From a virus, in the IMG/VR virus record IMGVR_UViG_3300025914_000009, positions 1 to 64,000 of that record: a stretch of DNA of 64,000 nt. One strand, given 5' to 3'. The position numbers and the translations under genes are program-made. Every line of letters begins with the position of its first letter. Positions within the stretch are counted from its first letter, which is position 1. Below the pieces are notes generated by a model. That model did not search any database. It saw nothing but the letters and a program-made list of their open reading frames with translations, and was not told the DNA's origin. Of this stretch, positions 19,442-29,391 are shown piece by piece.

Positions 19442-22400
19442 TATTTGTAAGAGATTTGAGTTTCTGTGGCAATGAACTGTGAGGTTATCCTTACATCACT
19501 TCTATTGTCAAGTATTTGTCTTATTCTGCAATCTTTAGCTCGCATTTGATACTTCTTGAATGATCTGCTTGTGTAGTTCAAGTTATTGGTATTCAGTACT
19601 TTATTCTCACTACCTGAAGAGCAATCTGGGAGCCAGATAGGTTGAGAGTAGTCTTTTACTATATCCCAGAATCCATTGTAATTATAGAAGTTATCTGACT
19701 TCTTAAATAAGATGTCTCTACTATCTATATTATATTTAGGATACTGGAGATAAGTAGCAAGGTTATTCACAGGTTTAGGAACAAGGTTAAGAATCCCAGA
19801 ACACTGTTGATCATTATATACAATAGCCTTGTTAAAGAAAATGTTATCAGTTTGTACAAAGGTAGAAGCATTAGTCATCAGATTCACCTTACTGTAGTCT
19901 TTTACAGACTGCAGGATCTCATCCTGATACTTGTAGGCAAATGGAACTTCTATCACATATGGCTCTACATCTCCATAGAACTGATTATATGTGTTCAGTA
20001 GAGTATTATGAACCCATCCTGTTGAGAGATCATTTCTTCCTGTATAGAATTTACTAATTGCTCCAACATAATAATTAGGTAGGTAGCTATGGAATGAAAC
20101 CCATGACTTTGATAGGAAAGAATATGAGATAGTAAAGGAAACATTACAGAAGTATGCAGGATCTCCAAGCTTAATTGTCTGCCCATTTAAGGAGAAGGTA
20201 TCTGTAGTACTATTATATTTGATATTACTATCAAGAGGCTTATAATCAAGCTTGGTAATAATTACTCTATCATACTTGTTATCATATACTCCATGTAGAC
20301 CTACACCTTTAAAGTTATTATCAACATCATAGTCTGGGAAAGCTTCAAGCATCTGAAAAGGTAGGTTGTCAGTTAAGAACATCTTAACTCCATCATTTGC
20401 AATATTTTGCAGCTGTCCTCCTTGAACCAGAAATACATCTCCCCTAAGGGCATCTACCCAAACATGTCCATACTCTGTATTTACCAGGAAATCATGTTGG
20501 CTACCTCCATATCCTAACTCTACACTCACAAAGTCTACTGGAGGAACATTGGGATTGAATATCTGTTGACCAAGATAAACCTCTCCTATTGATGAATTTG
20601 CTGTCAGAAGAGCATTATAAACCTGGGATCTGCTCTCAAACCTTGCCAGAAGCTGTCTCGTCTCTATACCATCAATAGCACTTAGCTTACCAAAGTTTAG
20701 AGGAAAGTCATAAAGGGCAGCAGGTCTATAGATCCTCCAGTTATTCTTCTTATAGTTTATAACATCTTGTTGTCTCTCAGAATAAATCGCCCTATTGGGG
20801 AACTTAAATACACATGTTTGAGTTGGATCAAAGTCCACAGGTAATGTGGTAAAGACATTTTCAATATTTTGCTTTGAGAAAGTCTTGTTGTAAGTATAAG
20901 TGTTGTCAAAAGCAATAGGTACATATGCTTCCTGAAGCCATGGATCAGGAACATCTCCTCCAACATGGGGGAAATAGTCACCTTCTTTATTATTGTAAGC
21001 CTGTCTTAAATCTACATTTACTTGACTTTCAACAAAGAAATTCACAATTCCATATGCAAACAGGTATATCTTACCTGCATTGTAGAAGAAGGCATTACCT
21101 TCACAGTCAAAGTTATTAACTTTTACCCCAAACAGAGCCCCGATATTGAAAGCTCCACCATCTCCCCTTCTTATATCTGTTGAGAACCAGAACCTTGGAT
21201 ATCCTATATTTCCAAGCTCATCATAGAATACATCTGAATCATCAGGGAAGTTAACTCTATTATCTATGAAGAAAGGTAGTTTTCTCTTTAGAGCAAACTT
21301 GTTAATGAAGGTATCACCTCCAAATATATCTCTAATAGTGTTTCCAGTGAGTTGAGCAGTGAGGTCAATTTCCAGCTGAAAACCTGTATCAATCGCTTGG
21401 TATGAGTAGATTTGCCCATATTGGTCTGGAATTATATTTTTTATTGATCCGTAGTAAGATGATATGTTTCTCGAATAGAAGGTATCATTACACCCTACGT
21501 CTCCTAGGGTGAACCTGGAATTATCTTCAGGTACTCCCGTTATGGTATTAGGATATGGTAAAGTATTTGTAGTCCTTAAGTAAACAGAAGATTCTCTTTG
21601 GAAGTTATTTACAACATGGAAATCTCCCACGCCTTGCATTCCACTGATGATGTAAGCTGCTATATCAAGCATTCTTACTTTATTACCTGTGTCATTTGGG
21701 ATCACCTTAGGGGTAGTGTAATTCCCTAATGAGTTGAATGAATAGGCCATATTCTTCCTTGGAAGAAGTCTGAATACTATATCATTAAAGGTTTGGAAAG
21801 CTGTGAATGCAGCAGTACCACTAAATGGATTTGTTGATACTCCATATGTTCCCGATGCAAATCCTATTCCTATCCCTACCCCAAGGGCAACGAGATAGGA
21901 TTGTAGAGAAGGAAATCTGTACCTGGCATGTTTATCTACCTGAACAAAGTGAGATCTTGTAGTTCCGTATTCTACACTCTCAAGCTTTAACTGTGTTCCC
22001 AGAAAGGGCTGATAGAAACTTGTATCAGGAGAATGGAAGGTATATCTCATTTGGCTTTCAGTACTACTAAAGCCATTTAGCAAATCACTATTAATTCCTG
22101 GTAAAGGAGCTGCTGCATAGCCTACTTCTATGCTGGTAGCTTGTACATCTCCATCCGCTGTCTCATCAGGAGGGAATAGATCAGTAGAACTTCCAAAGGC
22201 AGATATAGTATGAAGTACACTAAAATCAACTCCATTTATGAATCCACTGGTGTTTATTGTCCTTGGAGTCTGTCCAAATATCTGTAAAGTGTTCTTTAGG
22301 TCTAATCTATTAGTTCCATTTCTTGTAAATTGGACTGTTAGAGTATAGGAATTAGTATCATCTACAGTAAGAAGATCACTTTGATATACTTGTCCTCCAT

Positions 22401-24366
22401 CAAATCTTAGAGATAGCTGCTTTCTGGCACCCAGAAGCCCTGCAAATGTACCCCTCAGCAATACAGTAACTACATCCCCCGACGATTTCCATGTCCCTGA
22501 GGGGATAGGGGCATCATAGAAGTCAGTATTTTGACCCCTTACACTCTGTTGTTGTGTGAAAGAGGAGAAAATCTGGGTTCCTATATCTCCACTCTGAGCA
22601 TTAGATATGAAAGGATCAGGTCTAAGATCATTAAATGGGTAGTTAGGATAGTAATAAACAGTATTCTGCTTAGCATATCTTCCTACATTATAGAGAAGAC
22701 CCTTAGCAATGACTGATTTATTAGCAGCTCTGTTAGACCTTACGATCTTAATGGCTGCAATATTATCCTTTTGTGCCTGCGTTAGGTCTGATCTCTTTAT
22801 TATATCAATTAATGAAGCTTCATCAATCCTTATCCCTAGGGGGTATATATTACCTGCTCCATCATGGTGATGAGTAACAGAGCTGTCAGGAAACTTGTGG
22901 TGTCTTATAGGAGTACCCTGCAAGTCTCCCCAAACTGCTTCATTACAGGGGTAAGTCTCAGTAGATTCCCAGTAAGAGAATGATCCAAACTGATATGGCC
23001 CCTGGTAACAAGAGTCATTAGGATCAAATGCTGGATCAGTTCCAAGCACTTTGGCAGTGTTATATACCTGCCACCTTGGCTTCTTTTCAGGCTGCTCACA
23101 GACAGTTTTCTCAAAATCAGCATCATTATTATTCACAATCACTAAGTCTGTAGCCACTGGAGATCTTCCAGGAATATGAAATCTATCAGTCTGGTAGCCA
23201 TTTTTCAGGATGAAAACTATATCAAATGCATATACTTCATCTCTCATATAGCCCCTAAGGGTGGCGGCATTAACCTCATCTGCATATTGTTTTTTTGCAG
23301 GAGGCATCTTCCAACTGACCCATTGGAGCTCAATCTGATTTGCTATTTTCTGGTAATTAAGTCGAGCAGTGGATTGTAGGTTTGACCATACCAGAATATC
23401 ATCAATAGTAGTAACCTGAGTAGCAGTATCATATACTGGGAACTTCTCAAATATCTCATCTATTGTTCCTGTAATACCTGCTTTAGACTGACCAGTATAA
23501 GTGATAGTAAGTGTAGACCCCTGTATCTGGTAAGTACCTACAATGTCTACAGAAGAGATATCATTTATAGTCTTTATGACAGCTACATTTATAAAGTCAA
23601 ATACTCCAGTTGTGTCTATGTCTGTAATATCAACTATAATGGACTTACCAACCTGATAGTTAAAATTAGGTGTCACTACGAAAGGATCGTAGATAGGAAT
23701 AGGATTGGTTATAGAATAGTAAGAAGTATAAGCATCCCCAAGTACATTAGAATACTGGATTGCAAACTGATAGGTTCCTGCAGTAGTTGTACCTTCAGAT
23801 TCAACACTTCTATAGGTGGCCTGGGGAATGGAGAAGTTAGGTCTAACACTCAGCTTATTACAGTCGATCTCTGTGGATAATGTAACATCACAAGGATTAG
23901 TTCCATCTCCTTGCACGACCTCTTTAAATGGAAGATTATTGAGATCTATAAACCTCATGGGGTTCAGGCCATCTCCCCAATAAACCTCTATGCTACAATT
24001 AGTTATCTTGTCAACTATCTTATGTATAGGAAAGTTGATATTAAAGTTTAGGCAAGGAGCATTTATTACAGTACTATAGGTACATCCTATCACCTTACCT
24101 ATCTCAGATCCTCCTGTAGTAGGGTTTACAAGGAACAGAATTATTATACCCTTTTCTACTATGTTATGCTCTCCTATCACTATGTACCCTGAAGGAATAG
24201 TATAACAAAGTTCATTTGCTTGCTCATTTTGATAGGTGATTACATTACCCTCAAAACCAGCTATTTGTGCATTTTGGGCAAAGGTTAACTGACCAGGCTT
24301 TACCTGGCTTATAATAGAATCCAGGTTCATCCCCAGATATGCATTATTCGGTCTTATCTCTCCCAT
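19441..24366 (-). CDS. Tail muzzle / stabilisation protein, 1641 aa
   Basis: Beta-rich; CLNFNINFPI, YWGDGLNPMRFIDLNN, GYMRDEVYAF, FGGDTFI, WVSFHSYLP motifs; gene order. Confidence 0.75.
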   Translation of the reverse strand: MGEIRPNNAYLGMNLDSIISQVKPGQLTFAQNAQIAGFEGNVITYQNEQANELCYTIPSGYIVIGEHNIVEKGIIILFLVNPTTGGSEIGKVIGCTYSTVINAPCLNFNINFPIHKIVDKITNCSIEVYWGDGLNPMRFIDLNNLPFKEVVQGDGTNPCDVTLSTEIDCNKLSVRPNFSIPQATYRSVESEGTTTAGTYQFAIQYSNVLGDAYTSYYSITNPIPIYDPFVVTPNFNYQVGKSIIVDITDIDTTGVFDFINVAVIKTINDISSVDIVGTYQIQGSTLTITYTGQSKAGITGTIDEIFEKFPVYDTATQVTTIDDILVWSNLQSTARLNYQKIANQIELQWVSWKMPPAKKQYADEVNAATLRGYMRDEVYAFDIVFILKNGYQTDRFHIPGRSPVATDLVIVNNNDADFEKTVCEQPEKKPRWQVYNTAKVLGTDPAFDPNDSCYQGPYQFGSFSYWESTETYPCNEAVWGDLQGTPIRHHKFPDSSVTHHHDGAGNIYPLGIRIDEASLIDIIKRSDLTQAQKDNIAAIKIVRSNRAANKSVIAKGLLYNVGRYAKQNTVYYYPNYPFNDLRPDPFISNAQSGDIGTQIFSSFTQQQSVRGQNTDFYDAPIPSGTWKSSGDVVTVLLRGTFAGLLGARKQLSLRFDGGQVYQSDLLTVDDTNSYTLTVQFTRNGTNRLDLKNTLQIFGQTPRTINTSGFINGVDFSVLHTISAFGSSTDLFPPDETADGDVQATSIEVGYAAAPLPGINSDLLNGFSSTESQMRYTFHSPDTSFYQPFLGTQLKLESVEYGTTRSHFVQVDKHARYRFPSLQSYLVALGVGIGIGFASGTYGVSTNPFSGTAAFTAFQTFNDIVFRLLPRKNMAYSFNSLGNYTTPKVIPNDTGNKVRMLDIAAYIISGMQGVGDFHVVNNFQRESSVYLRTTNTLPYPNTITGVPEDNSRFTLGDVGCNDTFYSRNISSYYGSIKNIIPDQYGQIYSYQAIDTGFQLEIDLTAQLTGNTIRDIFGGDTFINKFALKRKLPFFIDNRVNFPDDSDVFYDELGNIGYPRFWFSTDIRRGDGGAFNIGALFGVKVNNFDCEGNAFFYNAGKIYLFAYGIVNFFVESQVNVDLRQAYNNKEGDYFPHVGGDVPDPWLQEAYVPIAFDNTYTYNKTFSKQNIENVFTTLPVDFDPTQTCVFKFPNRAIYSERQQDVINYKKNNWRIYRPAALYDFPLNFGKLSAIDGIETRQLLARFESRSQVYNALLTANSSIGEVYLGQQIFNPNVPPVDFVSVELGYGGSQHDFLVNTEYGHVWVDALRGDVFLVQGGQLQNIANDGVKMFLTDNLPFQMLEAFPDYDVDNNFKGVGLHGVYDNKYDRVIITKLDYKPLDSNIKYNSTTDTFSLNGQTIKLGDPAYFCNVSFTISYSFLSKSWVSFHSYLPNYYVGAISKFYTGRNDLSTGWVHNTLLNTYNQFYGDVEPYVIEVPFAYKYQDEILQSVKDYSKVNLMTNASTFVQTDNIFFNKAIVYNDQQCSGILNLVPKPVNNLATYLQYPKYNIDSRDILFKKSDNFYNYNGFWDIVKDYSQPIWLPDCSSGSENKVLNTNNLNYTSRSFKKYQMRAKDCRIRQILDNRSDVRITSQFIATETQISYK

Positions 24367-24367
24367 G

Positions 24368-25315
24368 TTAGTTATTTAATCCCCATGAACTTGCAGGCCA
24401 TGAACCACCTCTCCATCTCCAGGAATTTCCATACATCTGAGCTGTATAGGGGTCAAATCTGTGCCTATCTTGCTTAATCTCTCTGGCTTTTTCAAATATA
24501 GTCTTCTTCTTGATTTCAATATCTGCGAGGATGTAAGCTTCATCTGCTAATTGCTTGTAGAACAAGTACTTCTTCTCAATTTGATTGAATGTCTCATCTA
24601 CTATCTGATTATAGAGCTGCTCGAATATCTTTTGCTTAAGGAAAGCCTCAATGAACTCCTGAATCCTATAGTTATCAGGAATAAGCTGTTGGCCAGAATC
24701 ATCTCTTTGATCAGAGTAATAGATTAAAAATACGTCACCTTGTCTGAAATTTGTGACTAATTTTCCGTCTCTTACATCATACGTCAGTTCATTGTTACAT
24801 AATCCAAAGGTTCTGGCATTAACATTCATACAACCCAGGTTATGGTCACATTCATTTTTTGCATGAATATTTCCTGGAGTTAGTAGGTATTTCAGTCTTA
24901 TAGGCTGAGTTACTTCCGTTTGAGTCTTTGTAACTACCTGTATAATGTCAGGATTGCAAGGGTCACAATCAAGAGCCGGGTTGCAGGGGTCATAAGGCTT
25001 ATTTAAGACCGTAGTAATTTGTTCGAAGAATGCACCTGGTTTTCTAAAAGTGGGGGATAGCATCTGTGCTGTTAACCATACTTCCCTTGGGGCAATATAA
25101 TCAGGTGGGAGTTTAGCCTCAAAGTTATCTATGAATAAAAGCACAGAAACGATCTTATAGGAAGACCTTCCAAGCTTCTGAAGACATTTACTTGTCCATA
25201 CAGGGAACATAAGATCATCTACTGCATTAGCATCGAAGTAACTCTTCATTTCTTCCTTCACTCTTGCATAGAGAGGATCTGGTGATACAAATTTATACTT
25301 GTAGTAATATGACAT
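24368..25315 (-). CDS. Tail ring protein
   Basis: AKLPPDY and LIPDN motifs; adjacent to muzzle gene. Confidence 0.6.
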   Translation of the reverse strand: MSYYYKYKFVSPDPLYARVKEEMKSYFDANAVDDLMFPVWTSKCLQKLGRSSYKIVSVLLFIDNFEAKLPPDYIAPREVWLTAQMLSPTFRKPGAFFEQITTVLNKPYDPCNPALDCDPCNPDIIQVVTKTQTEVTQPIRLKYLLTPGNIHAKNECDHNLGCMNVNARTFGLCNNELTYDVRDGKLVTNFRQGDVFLIYYSDQRDDSGQQLIPDNYRIQEFIEAFLKQKIFEQLYNQIVDETFNQIEKKYLFYKQLADEAYILADIEIKKKTIFEKAREIKQDRHRFDPYTAQMYGNSWRWRGGSWPASSWGLNN

Positions 25316-25316
25316 G

Positions 25317-25808
25317 CTATTTTCGTTTTCTCTCCCATTCTTTGTAGAGCTCAGGATAGGGAGAATTAGGGCGCTTTAGATATTCTGCGAGCTTTCTGGA
25401 GGTAAATCTGGATGGCTTCCAAACCCACATTTCTACATTAGAAAATCTCGAATCATATGGGAACCAGTACCATTTGAATCTATACCCATCAGTGTGATTA
25501 TTGAGAAGGTATACTCTTTTGCCTAATCTATGGGTCTTTTCCCAATCTACAGCAAGGATTATGTGTTCTTTTCCATCTATGACAATAGACCTCTTGGATT
25601 TCTTCTTACTTACTGTGAATGCCCCCATTCCCCAAGGGAGCTTGCACTTATCCCCCGTCTCAAGAATATGGTCTCTAAAGTTATAATTGAAAGCATAGAT
25701 TATTTCTTCCCACTTTTCAAAGGAGATACTTATATTAGGATGGGCTGCACAAAACTTATTATACACCTTCCTGGAAGCCGTCCTATATTCCACTTTCACT
25801 CTTGGCAT
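25317..25808 (-). CDS. IHF/HU-like DNA-binding protein (crAss-like)
   Basis: KLPWGMGAFTVSKKK and VDWEKT...YRFKW motifs; basic. Confidence 0.65.
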   Translation of the reverse strand: MPRVKVEYRTASRKVYNKFCAAHPNISISFEKWEEIIYAFNYNFRDHILETGDKCKLPWGMGAFTVSKKKSKRSIVIDGKEHIILAVDWEKTHRLGKRVYLLNNHTDGYRFKWYWFPYDSRFSNVEMWVWKPSRFTSRKLAEYLKRPNSPYPELYKEWERKRK

Positions 25809-25956
25809 CTCTTACTGTAATTACTTTTAGAACCTCATGATAATCTACTAGAAGTCCTGCTTTGAATTTAAAGTACTCTCTAATTGTCTGGGTCAGTTTC
25901 ATATCAATCTTGTAGATCCTGTACCCTCTTCTCATTAAACTATCTAATGTATCCAT
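25783..25956 (-). CDS. Small hypothetical protein, 57 aa (below track cutoff)
   Basis: MDTLDSLMRRGYRIYKIDMKLTQTIREYFKFKAGLLVDYHEVLKVITVRDAKSESGI; TAATG coupling to the upstream gene; fills the gap. Confidence 0.5.
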   Translation of the reverse strand: MDTLDSLMRRGYRIYKIDMKLTQTIREYFKFKAGLLVDYHEVLKVITVRDAKSESGI

Positions 25957-26654
25957 TATGTTTTATTTACTTGGTCATCTTTATCATCTGAAGTATGATC
26001 CACAGGAACTCTGTAGTAAGTCTGAAGGAGGATCTGAAGAGTGTCTTTAACAACAACATCTTCGAGGTAACCAGGGCATTTAAACTCCAGGTCGAGAGGG
26101 TTTATGCAAGGATTAGGTATATTCTGTGAAGGACATGGACAACTTGGATATAAAAGGTCTGCAGACACATCCTCCTCAAAGTATGCCCATATGCTGGCTA
26201 CCTCAACCCTAGGGGAAGATATATATAGGTACCTATCATAGAACCAGTAATATATATCATTTGTGGGTAGTCCGAGCTTTAAAAGGTTTATATATCTACT
26301 TAGAGTGATTTCCTTTAGCCTCTTTGAGTTGTCTACAGAGAAGACACCATGTATCAAGAGTCCATATATCCCATCAGCTATCTTAGGAAGCCTAAACTTG
26401 CTTCTGGCAACAAGCTGATCAGAGACATAATCACAGCAATCAGAGGTTGGAACTTGTATCATCTCCACACAAGGGATATTAGTAAAGATCGTAGAGGTAT
26501 TCCAAAGCTTCCTCTTATCAGTTTCTCTTCTGATATAAAAGGTAGCCTTGCTCCTCAATTCTGAAGCTATGACTCTATCAGTTACACTATTGTCAGAATT
26601 TAACATCTTATCTAGTGATCTGACTCTTGATATCATCTGTCTTAGTGTGCTCAT
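25956..26654 (-). CDS. Tail ring protein
   Basis: CVEMIQVPTSDCC and RSKFRLPKI motifs; location in the tail module. Confidence 0.55.
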   Translation of the reverse strand: MSTLRQMISRVRSLDKMLNSDNSVTDRVIASELRSKATFYIRRETDKRKLWNTSTIFTNIPCVEMIQVPTSDCCDYVSDQLVARSKFRLPKIADGIYGLLIHGVFSVDNSKRLKEITLSRYINLLKLGLPTNDIYYWFYDRYLYISSPRVEVASIWAYFEEDVSADLLYPSCPCPSQNIPNPCINPLDLEFKCPGYLEDVVVKDTLQILLQTYYRVPVDHTSDDKDDQVNKT

Positions 26655-27904
26655 ACTTTCTGTTTCAATATGCCTGTCACACCATCATTTTCATCTATCA
26701 GGAAGGCTACAAGTTCAGACTTTGAGCAAGTATGACCTTGTTTATCATCCCAGGAGGATTTTGCTTTAGATAGTGCAGGTAGTTGGAAAAACATTATCCC
26801 ATGGAAGTCCATGGTTATTTCATGGTGCTTATCGCCCGTAAATATGTAGTAGTTATCACAATTAGACCACTCGTTTTTAAACTCAATAGGGAACATATTT
26901 GCAAGTTTTGGAGGTTTAATAGCATCCCCATGGTTAAACATAAGGGCATTCTTACCATATCTTGCATACTTCCTATAACGGGGTGATGTATCAAATCTGA
27001 CATTAGGTGTTCCATGATAATAAGCTTTTAGCCAGGTTATCAGGTGCCATCCTGCAAACTCATCATGGTTTCCTGATACATACAGGATTTCTACATCATC
27101 TGAATAGGCTAGGAGCATGTTGATCATGTTGAGTTCATGATTACATATACTCTCAAAGCTTTGATGATATGTACCTAGATTCTCCTGCTTAGTTCCTTTT
27201 GTTGTAGTTCCCATCCACTCAGCATTGAATTGGTCACTTCCTATTACATAGTATACCTTATCAAGCTTATTAGAGTTAATTGACTGGTTAAGGATTCTCT
27301 TGGTTCTTTCGTAGATAGCATTGAACCTTTTACCCATTGAGTTGCTACCCATTATATCATACTTGTTCAAGTGCTGGTCTTGCTTATTAATTACTAAGCA
27401 CCCTCGGGGAAGTGAGTGGTTAACTGCTGGGGAGATCTGTTGATATACAGTAGGATTGTAGGTCTTGAGAAATTCTATGAAATTCTTCTGGAAATTATCT
27501 CCTTGAGTCTTTTTAGAGAGCCAAGCCTTTACCTGCCAGTGGGGATCATTTGGATCACCCCATACATTCTGAACATACCTATCAACATTCCAGGTCTTTG
27601 TATCAATATTACATTTGGCTACAAGTTCATCCAGGGTTCTGATTTGCTCCTTTACTTTGGCTGTGATTTCTGCCTGATTATCCTTTAGATTCTCATCAAA
27701 AGTCATTATGAAATCAGTGCTTGCAGTTGTAGTAGCGAGAATTGGAGTAGGGGAAGGTTCAGGTTTGTGTTCCCTTTTCATTTCCTCAAGTAATTTTTGG
27801 ATCTGATTAATATCAACTCCAAGTTTCTCAGCATAGAATCTTTTTGATTTCTTCTGAGACATTAGCTTTTGTAGCTGCTCAATAAGAGCTTGGTTTTCAG
27901 TCAT
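26651..27904 (-). CDS. Calcineurin-like metallophosphoesterase with N-terminal HTH
   Basis: DQH, GSDQFN, SGNHD, NHGD, GDKHH motifs; YAEKLGVDINQIQK HTH-like start. Confidence 0.8.
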   Translation of the reverse strand: MTENQALIEQLQKLMSQKKSKRFYAEKLGVDINQIQKLLEEMKREHKPEPSPTPILATTTASTDFIMTFDENLKDNQAEITAKVKEQIRTLDELVAKCNIDTKTWNVDRYVQNVWGDPNDPHWQVKAWLSKKTQGDNFQKNFIEFLKTYNPTVYQQISPAVNHSLPRGCLVINKQDQHLNKYDIMGSNSMGKRFNAIYERTKRILNQSINSNKLDKVYYVIGSDQFNAEWMGTTTKGTKQENLGTYHQSFESICNHELNMINMLLAYSDDVEILYVSGNHDEFAGWHLITWLKAYYHGTPNVRFDTSPRYRKYARYGKNALMFNHGDAIKPPKLANMFPIEFKNEWSNCDNYYIFTGDKHHEITMDFHGIMFFQLPALSKAKSSWDDKQGHTCSKSELVAFLIDENDGVTGILKQKV

Positions 27905-27941
27905 TTGCGCAATTTATTCATTATGGATACTATACAGAGTG

Positions 27942-27989
27942 TAAAGTTATAGAATATTCCTCAGATTTCCAAACCTACTACGTTATAGT
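27942..27989 (-). promoter_or_regulatory. Promoter upstream of the phosphoesterase/tail genes
   Basis: TTTG-N20-TAACTTTA; ACTATAACGTA motif just upstream of -33. Confidence 0.55.
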
Positions 27990-28005
27990 TACACTACCCC
28001 CATTA

Positions 28006-28038
28006 AAAAGAATTGCCCAGTAGTAGACACTACCGGGC
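28006..28038 (-). terminator. Hairpin with GTGTCTAC apex followed by a U-rich tract
   Basis: GCCCGGTAGT-GTCT-ACTACTGGGC-AATTCTTTT on the minus strand. Confidence 0.55.
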
Positions 28039-28066
28039 TACCCCTGAAAAACCAAAAAACAGGGGT

Positions 28067-28309
28067 TTACTGACTCGTTGCTGGGTATATTACAGGTTCT
28101 CCAAATATACCCCCTGTACAATTCGGACAAATAGTAGTCAGTTCCACCTCATAGTTCCCTACAGGTAAACTTGAGATAGTATATGGAGACTGATTATAAT
28201 TTGGATAATTTGTGATATAAGTAAAAGGATTTGAGGAGTTCTGAATCCTATAGCCGATCCTTAAACTTGATCCAAATGGAATACTATAATTTATTGTTAT
28301 TGAAGCCAT
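28067..28309 (-). CDS. Small FN3/Ig-like structural protein
   Basis: Beta-strand pattern IGYRI...YTISSLPVGNYEVELTTIC. Confidence 0.55.
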   Translation of the reverse strand: MASITINYSIPFGSSLRIGYRIQNSSNPFTYITNYPNYNQSPYTISSLPVGNYEVELTTICPNCTGGIFGEPVIYPATSQ

Positions 28310-29391
28310 TAGGTCGTAGTTGTTGTGGTTGTAGTACTAGTAGTAGTAGTGGTGGTGGTATTACATGGTATTGGAGAAGCAGTTGTTACCTTTCTGCAAT
28401 AGGGAGGCCCATCACAAAGAACCAGCGAGTATCCACTTGGGCATGTATATCCAACTCCTCCTGATCCAACTTGGATAGCCTCTCCTATATGATCTTTAGT
28501 TGAGAATAGGAGATTTAGCTGTGCATATGATGTGGCTGCAGCTATTTCTGCTGCACTATTATCATATATCTCTGCCCCTATAGCTGCAGGGTTTGGTAGA
28601 GGTTCAGGCCCATTTTCTCCCAATATCTCTATTACATGGAAACCTGATAAAATAGTCACAGGATATATAGCCCATACTCTAAAAGGAGCAGAGCTTCCCG
28701 GAGTTCCATATTGGGCATCCATTGCTGCTCCATCCTGATCAAGAATAGTAACTCCATCTATTTTTATAATACCTCTGTTATCAGCCCCTATACCAATATA
28801 ATAAGTCTTACTTGAAGGGATATTCACACAATAGCTAAATCCAATCTGTTGGCTAGGTTGTGGACTAGGAGCCCATAAGGCAGTACGGTTTAATGGGCCA
28901 TCAGTAAAATTACCAGCAACAAAGCATGTTCCTGGCCCATTTACCCAAAATGGATTGCTGACAGATATCTGACTTGCTGTTCCTGTACCATTAATAGCAT
29001 AGCTACTATATATCCAGGATCCACATATCGTATAAGAATCTTCATGGACAGCTACAGAATTTACTGACCCTGAGGGGGGTGTGGCTGCAGTTGTCTCTAT
29101 TTTGGAACAATAGCTTCCATCTGCAGATATAATAAATCCACTAGGGCAGCATCCTGTAGAGCTCACAATCTGGAATGTTGTAGATTTTGGGCCACAAGTA
29201 GCTCCATTAGTAGTCAGTCTTACATCATAAATAACATCGTTATTTATTATAAGGGGGTAGCTATTGGAAGTAGTAGGATTCGTTGGGATATTTGGGACTA
29301 TCCAAGTAGTAGTTCCTGCTACTCTATATTCTACTAAAGTACTCAGAGATCCTGGAACAAACCCCCATGATATGATAGCTGTAGTAGACAT
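28309..29391 (-). CDS. Fibre/decoration protein with FN3-like start and C-terminal poly-Thr
   Basis: VEYRVAGTTTW FN3-like; Cys pairs; PA14-like YYIGIGADNRGIIKIDG; TTTTTTTSTTTTTTTT tail. Confidence 0.55.
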   Translation of the reverse strand: MSTTAIISWGFVPGSLSTLVEYRVAGTTTWIVPNIPTNPTTSNSYPLIINNDVIYDVRLTTNGATCGPKSTTFQIVSSTGCCPSGFIISADGSYCSKIETTAATPPSGSVNSVAVHEDSYTICGSWIYSSYAINGTGTASQISVSNPFWVNGPGTCFVAGNFTDGPLNRTALWAPSPQPSQQIGFSYCVNIPSSKTYYIGIGADNRGIIKIDGVTILDQDGAAMDAQYGTPGSSAPFRVWAIYPVTILSGFHVIEILGENGPEPLPNPAAIGAEIYDNSAAEIAAATSYAQLNLLFSTKDHIGEAIQVGSGGVGYTCPSGYSLVLCDGPPYCRKVTTASPIPCNTTTTTTTSTTTTTTTT